DNA of 64,000 bases from Gekko japonicus (taxonomy: Eukaryota), in NCBI RefSeq assembly GCF_001447785.1, contig NW_015169821.1:244676-308675 (forward strand), given 5' to 3'. The position numbers and the translations under genes are program-made. Positions 34,301-45,500 of this stretch are shown here, in pieces. Numbering within the stretch: the stretch's first letter is position 1; every line of letters starts with the position of its first letter. The notes under the pieces were generated by a model. That model ran no database searches and was not told the DNA's origin. It saw only the letters and a list, made by a program, of their open reading frames with translations.

Positions 34301-37300
34301 CCTCATCTATACATTTCTATACACAAATGGTGTACCATAATCCAAAACGTGGGCGTTCTTATAACTAGCTATAAGGATGGATCCTAGCATTTTTTTTCTT
34401 CAGCACCTGTGTGTTCTTTCTGTGCCAAGGCACCTTCCACTGACATAAAACATCCTTTTACTCCTTGAATGTAGCCTCCAAGTTTGTCACACAGCATATT
34501 TATCCATATGAGAATTGCACATTTTATGGTATTACCATCTTGTGCTTACCTCATAAATGATCCTTCCTTGCCCAAGAGGGACTTGAAAGTCATGAGAAAT
34601 CTATGACCTTTTACTTGGAAAATATAACTATACTCTGAAACAAATACAGTGCCTTTGTGGGGTACTGGAACGGAGACCAAAATATAAGCAAGTTTTCTCA
34701 TAACACAAAATCTTGGTCTTTGAAAAACCAACAATGGGCTGGATTCTACAATTTCATTCCATTGGTACCTGTGTACTCCTCTAGCACAAGCTACCTTCCA
34801 CTGACATAAGACAGTTGACAAGCTCTGACAAATCAAGCAGAGAGTTGGGCATTGCTTACACCACTGACTTTAGTGGGCATTCAGCCCATGTAATGTTTGC
34901 TAAATTACAGCTTGGATGTTAAGCACTTCCCTCTATAATACTCCTCCTTTCATACACTGTAGTTTGAAGTGCCCAGCAACAAACATATCTTTACCTCTGC
35001 AATGCCAGTGTTTTGTTTTGGTATGAAACCTTCACCTCTTCCATTTCTCTTTCCAAATCTTCAATGGAACTAAAAACAAAATGGATGACCATTTAACAAA
35101 TGATGCCCATAACACCTGAAACATACCATCCATAGAAGGTGCTTCTTCTACTATTGAATTCTTATAAAAGCCCGAATGACATTTTCCCCAATGTTTCTCT
35201 GCTTTGATATCAACTTTAGTGCCGTGTTCAGAAATACAGGTGCCAAGACCTGTAGAAGTGAAAAATTAACATTCCTGACATAAGTACATTGACTCAGAAA
35301 TTCATATATCTTCATCTTGCTGTGAACGGTACCAACAGCAACTGGAGCTTTTCTTAAAGTTGCAAGATGAGAGTGTGCAAGGACATGGAAACCTACTTCC
35401 CTCTAGCCCTGAAGTTAATGGAAATAATCTTGAGACTGCATGGTCAACATGGGGGGTGGGGTGGTAGTAGATAGGATTTCCAGTGCACAGCATACATAAC
35501 CCATTGCTCTTCACTGTGACCATTATACAACCTATGCAATATCCTCAGTTTTCATAATGTACAGAGGTCACAGAACTTGGGTTTTCTTCCTGAAGAACTT
35601 TCATTTTCTTAAACAAAAAAAGATATTTGAACATTATTTACATTGCTCTCAAATACACTTCCTTAGAAAAAAGCTCCATTGAAACTGGGCTTTACTTTCA
35701 AGTGTATCACAGAATTACCACGTAATTACACAGCAAGTACAAAGAAAATACTTCATTAATTAAACTTGGATCTTTCCTTTCTTCCTGCATAGAATTCAAG
35801 GCAGCATATAGAGGGTTCCCAGAAGGTCTCCTACACAGATATTATTTCCTATGCTTCCCAGACTTTTATCTGCATTGCTTCAGAAACGTTACTCTATCAT
35901 GTGCCTTCCTTTTTAGGAGCTACATAATTTAATCAAGAGCTCCTAATATACCAAGCTAAGAACATAGGAAACTTTGAGCTGTATGGTTAAAGCCACAACT
36001 AGTTCTGTAAAGACAAAATTACCCTCTTTGAACCGGTCTCTAGAGGTGGCATATAAAATTCCCTAAAGAAACAGGAATCCATGAAATTCTGAACTGAAAT
36101 GCTTCTTGCTCTTTTTCCTCCTCAGGTACTTGTATTACGGCTAGTCCTTTGCCTTTTGATTGTCCTCTTAAATGCAAAGGTCTAGTCATTCACTTCCTGG
36201 GTTTGCATAAGACAAAAATAATAAATCCAAGTGCAACAAGTTGCAACAACTTAGCAAAGGACATACCTTTCAACTACTTTTTCATCTATAACTTCATCTG
36301 AAATGCTTTCTTCATCTGCCAGACAAAAATGATATGTTAAAGACAATGAGAAAAAAGACCACCACCCTCTCAGCATTACACAGTGAGCTATGATGGCCAA
36401 AAGCCCCTATCTTGATCTTTTCAGTAAAAACAAACAAAAACTTTATAAACAAGCACCTCAGCATGCAATTTTTTTACTTCAGCAACTGAAGATATAAAAA
36501 AGTTTGCAGTAATGTTTTTATGATGGTGAACACACTTACTTGCATTAATTGCAGTATTGTATTCGATAAGATGCTGTTTTATTTGTTTCCTTATTCTACA
36601 GTGGAAAAATAAGAAGAAAATCAGACAAGAACAAATAATGTATAGCTATAGCAAAGTTATGTTGCTCCTATATATTTTTACTGCAATCACTCCTGACTTG
36701 ATATTAGGCCTATGTTCAGTTGAGCATTTTATAGCAGGCATTAGGAAACTTTGCTGGAATTCGATTCAAACCCAGAAGTTGATTGATGCTTATTTTAATA
36801 GAGTAAAAAGACCAAGAATTACTTGTAACTCGTTTGTAAAAAATGTTTGTAATGTAAAGTTTTGCGTACAGGAAGGGTTCTCAATCTTTTTTTTTTTGGG
36901 GGGGGGGGGTTCGACCACCTTCCTAAAATGAATTCACTCTCATGCATTTTTTTCTTGCATCAGGGTAGAAATCTGCCACAGCACTGTGCATATTCTCCTT
37001 TCCCACTAGAATTTACTCAGGTGTTTTATCTTCCAGATCTCTGCTTGCACGGCTTTCATCTAGAGGCCAACCAATGAAATGTTCCCTTCTCTCCATAAAT
37101 CCATCATATGAAACTAGAAAAACACTCATTTTCATATCAAGGATCAATGTCCTCCCCCTTCCACTATTAAACACTGCTAAGGCTCTATCTGCTGTCCTTT
37201 ACTCTGCAATACCATCTGAAGCAGGATGTTCAATACTGGCTCTGTTCACTTCTTTAAAATGTGTATTTATTTCATATATAGCCTGCCTTTCTCACTCAGA

Positions 37301-37978
37301 CTGAAGGCAGGTTACAAAATAGAAAACAAAGACAATTCAATTAGACAATATTTACTCTCACAATAGATCCTGTTCTTGTTATGATAATATAGTTGCAATA
37401 TGTACTTATATAGACCTTAATGAGCAGTAGGGACTGGAATATCGGCAGTAGTATTTCACCTCCAGACGTTTATACGCCCATGCACTACCAGAGTCACAAT
37501 GTATATCTTGACTTACTTCGTTTATACTCCTCTTTTCTCCCCAGTGGAGATGCAAAGCAGTTTACATCGCCAGGCACACACACCTACCTCACAGCGTTGC
37601 TGCGGGGGTAAAATGGAGGAGAATTCTGTAAGCCGCTTTGAGTCTTCAATGGGAAGAATGTAAACAAATTAAAAAAATTCATCGCTGGTCCCTAGTCATG
37701 CTCGGAAGAGTAGCAGATTGGGCAGCCTTCTCCAAAGTTCCCTTGTACTTTTGCTACTCCAGGGCAAAACCGCACCCCCGCCCGCTACCGAGAAAAGGGA
37801 CGTACCGAAGGAGGGTGACCAGGTCCGGACTCGTCCCATCCTCGCTCACAAGTGTGCGGGTAGGCGTCGCTTCTGCAGCCGCCTCTTCAGAGGAACCGTT
37901 AAAGGCGGCTGCTGGTGCCGGTGCCGCTGCCTCCCCCAGGCAGACAACTGTGTTGCCCGCTCCTCCCAACAGCTCCAT
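31349..37978 (-). CDS. CENPH: Centromere protein H (260 aa, 9 coding exons)
   Basis: Exons 37806-37978, 36540-36595, 36267-36315, 34995-35069, 34148-34204, 32863-32926, 32664-32715, 32209-32372, 31349-31441 join in frame (783 nt). The C-terminus QNIFQSLITASGVNWAKDPDLKAIVLQLEKN is the CENP-H signature. An alternative in-frame ATG lies at 38053. Confidence 0.94.
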
Positions 37979-37979
37979 T

Positions 37980-38280
37980 CCCCACGACTGGAGCGGCCTC
38001 TCCTCGCATCGGCTCTCCGCCGCCTTTTCGAAAGGCCCGCTGCCTGACGTCATCGACAACAGCCATCGACTGCTCCTGCCGTGCAGCTAGCCCCGCCTCT
38101 CGCCTGATACAAGAGCAGCGGCGGCGCTCTCTCCTCTGGCCTCCTGGGCGGGAATAGGTCAGCCGTCCAATAGCTACAGCCATACACTTCCGAGAACCAA
38201 TTGAATGGCAAAGGGAATCCGCCATGTGCGGGGGAAAAGAAGACCTCACCGAGAAGGCAGCTGTGCCGCACTTTAAATGG
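37980..38280 (-). promoter_or_regulatory. CENPH promoter (CRE, CHR-like element, CCAAT boxes)
   Basis: Perfect CRE TGACGTCA at 38045-38052, CHR-like TTCGAA near 38027-38032, two CCAAT motifs near 38168 and 38198, CpG-rich. Confidence 0.65.
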
Positions 38281-38625
38281 TGAAGGAGAAGTAGAAAGGA
38301 TTTTAGGTCGCTCCACACTTTCTCAACTAGAAAGTTCTTAAGACTCAAACATTATATTTTGCAGTCTGCTTGCCTGAATAGTTATGTCACATTTGTAATC
38401 CCCAAATTCCAGTGAGAAATATACAACTATAAGTGAAAATAAATAAAATCTAGCCCATCACACTGTTTAACACAGCAGCCAACCAGTTGTCTCTGAGGGC
38501 CAGAGCACAAGGCTGAAGCCATTGCTGCTGTTGCCTCCTCTTAGGTGCTGGCATTCAGACGTTTGCCACCTCTACGGAAGTTCCCTTTAATCACTGTGGA
38601 TAGTAGCCATTGATGGACCTCTCTT

Positions 38626-38870
38626 TTTGGTGTAGTGGTTAAATGTGCAGACTCTAATCTGGGAGAAGCGGGATTGATTCCCCACTCCTCCACTTACAGC
38701 TGCTGGATGACCTTGGGCAAGCCATAGTTCTGTCAGAGCTGTCCTTGAAAGAGCTCTCTCAGCCCCACCTACCTCTCAGGGTGTCTGTTGTGGGGAAGGG
38801 AAGGGAAAGGAGTTTGCAAACCACTCTGAGACTCCAAGTGAAGGGTGGGATATAAATCCAATCTCTTCTT
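38626..38870 (+). mobile_element. Squam3-like SINE inserted in a CR1 fragment
   Basis: Same head and tail as 23157-23413, with CR1-like sequence on both sides. Confidence 0.7.
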
Positions 38871-39796
38871 TTAAATTTATAATTTATTAGAACTTGTTTT
38901 TCAATACATGAAATGTAGAGCGTTATCTAACAACATTTTCCTTAACAAATGAGGACCTTCATTAATCTCTCACCCCCTTTTAAAGCCATCCATGCCCATG
39001 GCCATCATTACACCTACTGGGCATGAGTTCCAGTTTAATTACTGTGTAAAGAGGAATTCCTTATCTGTCCTGAACCTCTTTCCCAATTACTGCATTGGGA
39101 AATATCTTACCTAAAGGTGGCACTACCTAGTTTAGATTTAGGATTTCTAATTCAAAAAGGTTATTGAGTATTTTAGCTAGATCTGGACCTCCCCACCTTT
39201 TTACTAGTTTTACTAAACCAAGGCATGTTATGTGTACTTTCTTCTGTTGCTTGAATTGTATGTATCATGTCTAACTCTTTACTTTCACTGACTAGATTTG
39301 AAAATTAATTTATCCTTCATGGCCATTTCATCCTCACCCACTCAGACTGGATTACTTTTTAACTGGATCTTACTTTACCGGTAACCTGTGGAAAAAAACT
39401 GGGTGTGACCTGCCTCATAAGTCACTTTGTGTAACAATAACTTTTTGAGTCCTTTCAGTGGGACACCCAAATGGAACAATTTTCAACAGGGCTGTCAGTT
39501 AAAACTTCTCTTCCTCTGTAACTTAGTTTATAGAGGCAACTGCAAAATTACACACTCCATGCAAAATTGAAATGAGGCCTACCTCCCAGTTTATGCAGAA
39601 ACATTAAGGTATCAGAAGACTATATTTAACGGTAGGGAAGGAAGATGGGTGTGGGAAGGCAATTTCAAAACAAAAACAATGGGGGGGAAACATAAGAGTT
39701 CTTGGAATTCATGTTGGTCAATGACTTGCATGGTTCTTTTAAACCATTTTTAAAAGGTGGTAAGTAATCACTTTCTGTTGCCTCTTTTCTCTTGTA

Positions 39797-40429
39797 GGGT
39801 ATGTTCAGACGGGCCATTCAGTCCGCTTTCGGCACACTTCAGTAACGTTTTTTATATCCATGTTCACACACCCAACATCTGTGCACCATCCCCAGCCGTC
39901 GCTTTCCGGCTCAAACCCCCTTTAAAATGGAGTATTTTGTTACCAGGTCCCCAAGTGGTGTTTTTCTGATTCCCCAATTCTAGCCACTTTTCTGACATCT
40001 GATCGCTCCTGTGGTGTCGAGCCGCTTCTGCTCAGAAGCCCGAGGCTTCCGCTCTTCGCCCATTTTATTTTAGCATCGGCGGTATGCTCACAGGCAGAGC
40101 TCCGCTCCCGCATTATTAAAAACAATGTTTAAACGGTGCCTAATTTTGTTGGTTAGACAAGTTCAAGATCTCATGGAGACCAGTTTCGTGGTAAAAGTTT
40201 AAAGGGAAGTGTTACAGCAGTTGGGTTGAAGTGGAAATTGTTGCTCTGTGCATGTGCGAAAATTTTAATTCTACAGATGGCTGTCTGTGCACATGCCCAA
40301 ACTGAGAGAAAAAACACCGACGCACGCGATCCTGAACAAGGTGAGTGTGATCGCGATCCTCCAGGTTAAAAAAATGCATTGGGACTGGAGCAATTTAAAC
40401 CGCTCCCAGCACGCTGTCTGACTTCACCC
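39797..40429. mobile_element. Probable PIF/Harbinger-type MITE
   Basis: Imperfect TIRs GGGTATGTTCAGAC / GTCTGACTTCACCC; 3-bp flanking repeat GTA. Confidence 0.5.
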
Positions 40430-40648
40430 GTAGAGTGGTACAGTAGAAAAAGCAGGGTGTTTTTGCCCTTTAAGTATAATTGTCACAAGCTTCCAATAGA
40501 GTTACTCCAGAGAGAATGAAAGTACTATCATTCCAGAACTGAAGAGTCTCTGTGCAGGACTCCTGTATGCCCTATTCCACAGACAGTAAAGGCAAAACTG
40601 GAACCAACAAGAGTGTCACATACTGAGCATTTTTTTTTAACTTCAGAT

Positions 40649-40851
40649 CAATGCTCCCTCTAAGCTGTGGAGTCTTGTGAGCAAAAAATCTTTGTGAGCT
40701 ACTAGCATGAAGGTTGTGAGCAAGCGATTTGGCTACTGCATAAATTAGTTCGCTCTGAAGCCATCCTTCCTGAGCTAAGACAAAAATGTGTGAGCCAGAT
40801 ACTAAAAAACTGTGAGCTAGCTCACACTAACTCAGCTTAGAGGGAACACTG
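40649..40851. mobile_element. hAT MITE, same family as 5118-5323, opposite orientation
   Basis: TIRs; TSD CTTCAGAT / CTGCAGAT. Confidence 0.85.
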
Positions 40852-41679
40852 CTGCAGATGTGTTTCAGGCCAGACATTGTTGGAGGGAGTGAAGTAGATG
40901 ACAGAAGACCAGTGACTTTTATGATACAGCCTGCTAGGACTAGAGCTCTGTTCAGATACTAAGGACCCCATTTTGTGCAGGATGCTCTGTCCCTGACCTA
41001 CACCAGAATGGGATTGGGGAACTGAATTCGGGCCCCTTTCTAGGGTCTACCCTGCAAGAATTGGTGTAATGTGAACTTGACAAAAGTATTACCTCTCAGC
41101 CCAAAAATATTACCAAAACAAGTCACAGAGTAAGGGTAAGTTGTTATATTGCATGCACATATACAAAACAAGACCAATGCTACTGGTCTTGTTACAGTTA
41201 AGCTAGGGGACTTGTCTAGACCATACTTAGAATAAGGTTTCATTTGGGAAAAGTTAATATTTTGCCCCATGTCCTTTCTGTAACGACTGTTACTTTACAA
41301 GGCTTGTACTTTTGCCTTGAGGCAGGTAGATGGACTGAGGGAGGGAGTGATGCCTGCTAAGAGTTACAAAAGCTCTGTTAACGGATTGCCCAACCTCCTA
41401 TTTAAATGTGTGCTATAATCTTCCATTATACACAGGCTACCTCTTGAACATCAGATCACCCAGAAGGCTTCATAGCACATCTGCATGAACCTACTTTGGC
41501 TCAGACCAAAGCTCCAGTTTGCAGATACTTACCACTAAGATACCCACTCCACAGCATATTTTTTACCTTCCATCAATGGAGTGGGCAGTATAAAAGGACA
41601 AGAAAAATAGTAATCTGTGGAGAACCTTGAGTGAGACCTCGCATTTTTTTGCTCAGCCATTAGAGCAAGCTAAGTTGGT

Positions 41680-42207
41680 TGTGGTTGTTCAGATGCACAG
41701 TCGAGTGCGAGTCTTTGGGACCCCCGGCTCTCCTGTCTTCCATTGTCCCCCGGAGTGTGTTTAACTTCATGTTTGTTGCATTGATAACCCTGTAACAATC
41801 TCATCCTTTGCTGTTCCCTTCTTCTACCTTCAGTCTTTCCTAGCATCAGGGCTTCTCCCGTGAGTGCTCCCTTCTTTGAGCTTCAGCTTGGTCCTTCCAG
41901 GGAAGAGTCAGGGTTGATTTTCTTTAGGATTGACTGATTTGATTTCCTTGCAGGCCAAGGGACGCTCAAGAGTCTTCTCCAGCACCATAATTCAAAAGCA
42001 TCTATTCGTCGGCACTCAGCCTTCCTTATGGTCCAACTCTCACAGCCATACATTACTACTGGAAATATCATGGCTTTGACCATATGGACTTTTGTTGGCA
42101 GGGTGATGTCTAATTTTTATTATGCTATCTAGGTTTGCCATCACTTTCCTCCTAAGGTGCAGGCATCTTTTAATTTCATGGCTGCAGTCACCGTCTGCAC
42201 TGATCTT
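41680..42207 (-). mobile_element. Bov-B LINE fragment
   Basis: Translation VKAMIFPVVMYGCESWTIRKAECRRIDAFELWCWRRLL, a classic Bov-B RT segment. Confidence 0.9.
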
Positions 42208-42472
42208 ATGGGTCTGAGATGTTTGTCTCAGATCTCATTTAAGCATCTTTAGTCTAAAGCGGCGGTGTAAGTAATTACCAGTTGCTTACTGCTAATTTCA
42301 CTGTAGAAGGCAAGTTTAATAGCTCTAAGTTACATGCTAAAGTATAACATCCCTTATTTGTAGTGCTCTTCTGCAACCTATGCACAATAAGGCTTCAGTT
42401 CCAATTTAAGGTTATCTAACCATGACCTCTCTTTAATTAAGTCATCAAAAGTGCTACAGTAAAAAGGAAATG

Positions 42473-42511
42473 TTTATTAAAATTTTAAGTAACAATATAT
42501 TTATATATACA
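42473..42511 (-). promoter_or_regulatory. CCNB1 3' UTR: Pumilio element plus CPE overlapping the poly(A) hexamer
   Basis: Minus strand reads UGUAUAUA (42504-42511), then UUUUAAUAAA (42473-42482). Confidence 0.75.
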
Positions 42512-42557
42512 CACACTTATGAATAGTGACACATGGTGTCAACTTTGTCCCGAGTAT

Positions 42558-45500
42558 CTATTTTGATAGTCCTTTCGCCAGATCCTGTATGATTACAGCA
42601 TTCAGTGCTGGAAGGGTGCTGACTTTAGCATGCTTGCTGCTGGCATACTTGTTCTTGATAGTCTGCAAAGAAGACAACCTTATGTTAATTCTTAAAGCTT
42701 AGCACTGTCACTATAGAACCAGGACCATATTATGGAACAAGAACAGTAATCATAGTCCAAGCATACATATCTCTTCTGATTTTTTGTAGTAGTTGCTATT
42801 AACAGAGTCCCCTCACCCACCCCAGACCTTCAGTCTTGTGGTTCACTATATTTGCCAATGCTTTGAAAGTTCTCTTAGGGCTCTCATGAGGAAACAAATT
42901 CATTTTCAGCACAGCTTAACTACAGCTTAACTACAGTTAGACTACATAAATCTGCAAAGGTTGTGTTTAAAAGGATTTCCCTTCTATAATCTAAGGCAGT
43001 GGTCGTCAACCTTTCCGGACACAGGACAGGATGGGCAGCCAAACTTATGATCTCACCAGTGTCAAGACCAGGGCTGGGCAGAACAAGAAAACTAAGGACA
43101 CAAGCCATGCACAGCTGGAGAGGAACAAGCCATTTCAGCCACGGGTGGAAGAGATTCTCTGTCTTGTTGCTCTTCAGTGTGCACACTGACATACATGCAC
43201 AAGCAGCTGGTCCTTCCTTCCCAAAAGACAGCTCTAGAAGCTTACAGCCCAGCAGGTGGGACTCATACCAGTAAGCTGGGACCAATGCTCCCTCTGAGCT
43301 GTGGAGTCCTGTGAACAAAAATTCTACTTTGCGAGCTACTGGTATTAAAGTTGTGAGCGAGCAATTTGGCTACTGCATAAATTAGTGTGCTCTGGAGCCA
43401 TCTGTCAGAGTTCGATAGTCAGGTCATACAACACAGCGCTTCATCAGAAGAGTTCTGTTTATTGGTACACCAGGACTATGACACGTGTACTGTTTGTGTC
43501 AGGAATGACCAGGAACAGTAAGGCACCCTGAGTTATACTAGAATCAAACATGTACTGTACTAACTGTGTACGTTTGCTTACCATGTGCTTGGTAAGGCCT
43601 CTGTTCACCAGCAACACATTCTTTGCCATATGCTGCATGACGGGAAGAAGGTCACTTTCGGCATAGTACATGTAGTGTTGCAAGGTTAGTGTCTAGGGAG
43701 GAAGACGTGTGGGTTAGAACATTTAACGAAGCCCTTTGCCAAGATCTCCGGCTGGTCACTCCCATAGTTCAGCTGTTCAAGGCATGTCATATTCTCAAGC
43801 AGTCAATTTCCACTTAACGCTGAAAAGTTATTTCATCTAGCAGATGGTTAAGACTGCCCATTACTTCCAAGATGATGGAAGAAGCTTTTTGAGTCAAGTC
43901 TCCAGCTTAGTCCTTGGCTACCACTCATGTCTAGCTCTAGCTTTCAAACATGACTTCCACAACGATGTCTGCTTTTGCCTTTGAAGATGCTGCGCCTCAG
44001 GACTACATGTCTGCACCCTCACCCCCATCCCCTTGCCCAGGTAACTCAGGGCCAGGACTCCAGGCTCCATCACTCACCCACTCTCCCTCGTCAAGGACTT
44101 TAGTAGACAAGCAATAGGCGGCGGCAGCGATCTGAGATGGAGGGAAGTGTATCATGTCGTAATCCAACAGTGAGAGCTCCATCAGGTATTTTGACAGTGT
44201 GTGTTGCTGTATATCCGCCTGGAGGAGGGAGAGTTAGAGGAAAGTTTGTTACCCCTTCCTTTAAAGGCTCAGGTCATCAAGGCCCTTCCAATTCTACATC
44301 AAACCCAAGACATGTTATGAGAAATGTTATTGCACTGGGAAAGGGGAGGCACAGATGCCTCTTTAGCAGCCCCTTTAATTCAAGAACTCATGCTAAAGCG
44401 GATCTACTTCTACCCTGCAACTAGAGTATTGATAATCGGGTTCCATTTTAACAAAGCTGATGAGTATGGTGGTACCCTAACTCCCATGAGTGGCCCCCGG
44501 CCACACATGAAATCTGTGCATGAGGGAGTCACCTGGTACAGATGTCTCTGCAAACTTAGTCCCACCCAAAGTAGTGTGGTCTTCTCAGCTGTAAATGCCT
44601 TCAGAAGACTTCAAGTGTCACCCAGGAGCAGAAGGGGGTATGTGGTATGTTGGGAAAGAGAAACCCTGGGGATGCAAGAAACCGAAGAGAGCCACTGAGG
44701 GGAGAGCTGGCAAGTCAAGTAGCCAGGTGGTTGGGGCTGAGGTAGGTGGGAGAGGCAAGCACACAAGGCAAGGCTACAAGGGATGTTTCAGATCCTCAGT
44801 CAGCAAGGTATTTGGCAGTGGCTGGCCCGGGAAGAGAGAATGGGGTTTCCCCTGCTCTCAAGGGTGCAGGTTCGCCATGTGTTTCCTTTTATATACAGGT
44901 AGCTTAAGTGCAGTGAACTAGAGCCTACAGAGGTCATACACTGGTCTACGAAATTAGGCACTGTCAGGTGATAAAGGAGCATTACCTCTCCAATTTTGGA
45001 TGCCCTTCTTAAGAAATGCAGTGGAAGAGGGCGGCCAAGGGTGAAGTCCAGAGATCTCAGGATCTTCATTTCCATTTGCCTGATCTGCTGGTTAGTGTAA
45101 GTATGATCAGTCACAAAGGCAAAGTCACCAATTTCTGGAGGAAACATTTCTTCATATTTGCTGGCAATGAACATGGCTGTTACTCCAACCAGCTGCAGTA
45201 TCTTCTTACTGACTTTGTTGTTCTGCAATACAGAAAGCACCGATGTTCAAATGGGTTTGGAATCCCTGTTCTTGACAGCCAAAGCCTTAAGCTGCCCCAG
45301 TACTTACTGGCCAGTCTGCTTCTCCTATAGAAGCACTACAGGAGTATTCTAGCATATACAGAAAACAAAGCCTCAGTAAAGAGGCTGTTTGGATATCAGG
45401 GTCTGCTGCTTGATGCATCTGCCCAGCTCCAAACTTATGGCTGGCAGTCCTTACCTGCAGAAAGCGATCAATAATGGCCACTGTCATGTACATGGTTTCC

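Noticed and set aside
36023-36181. Cryptic poison exon in CENPH intron 3
   Set aside because: AG/GT boundaries exist, but the polypyrimidine tract is poor and the nine canonical exons already give a complete frame.
43403-43450. CTGATGA...CTGA in CCNB1 intron 8 as a snoRNA or hammerhead
   Set aside because: Box C is imperfect, the span is too short, and there is no GAAA partner or supporting stems.
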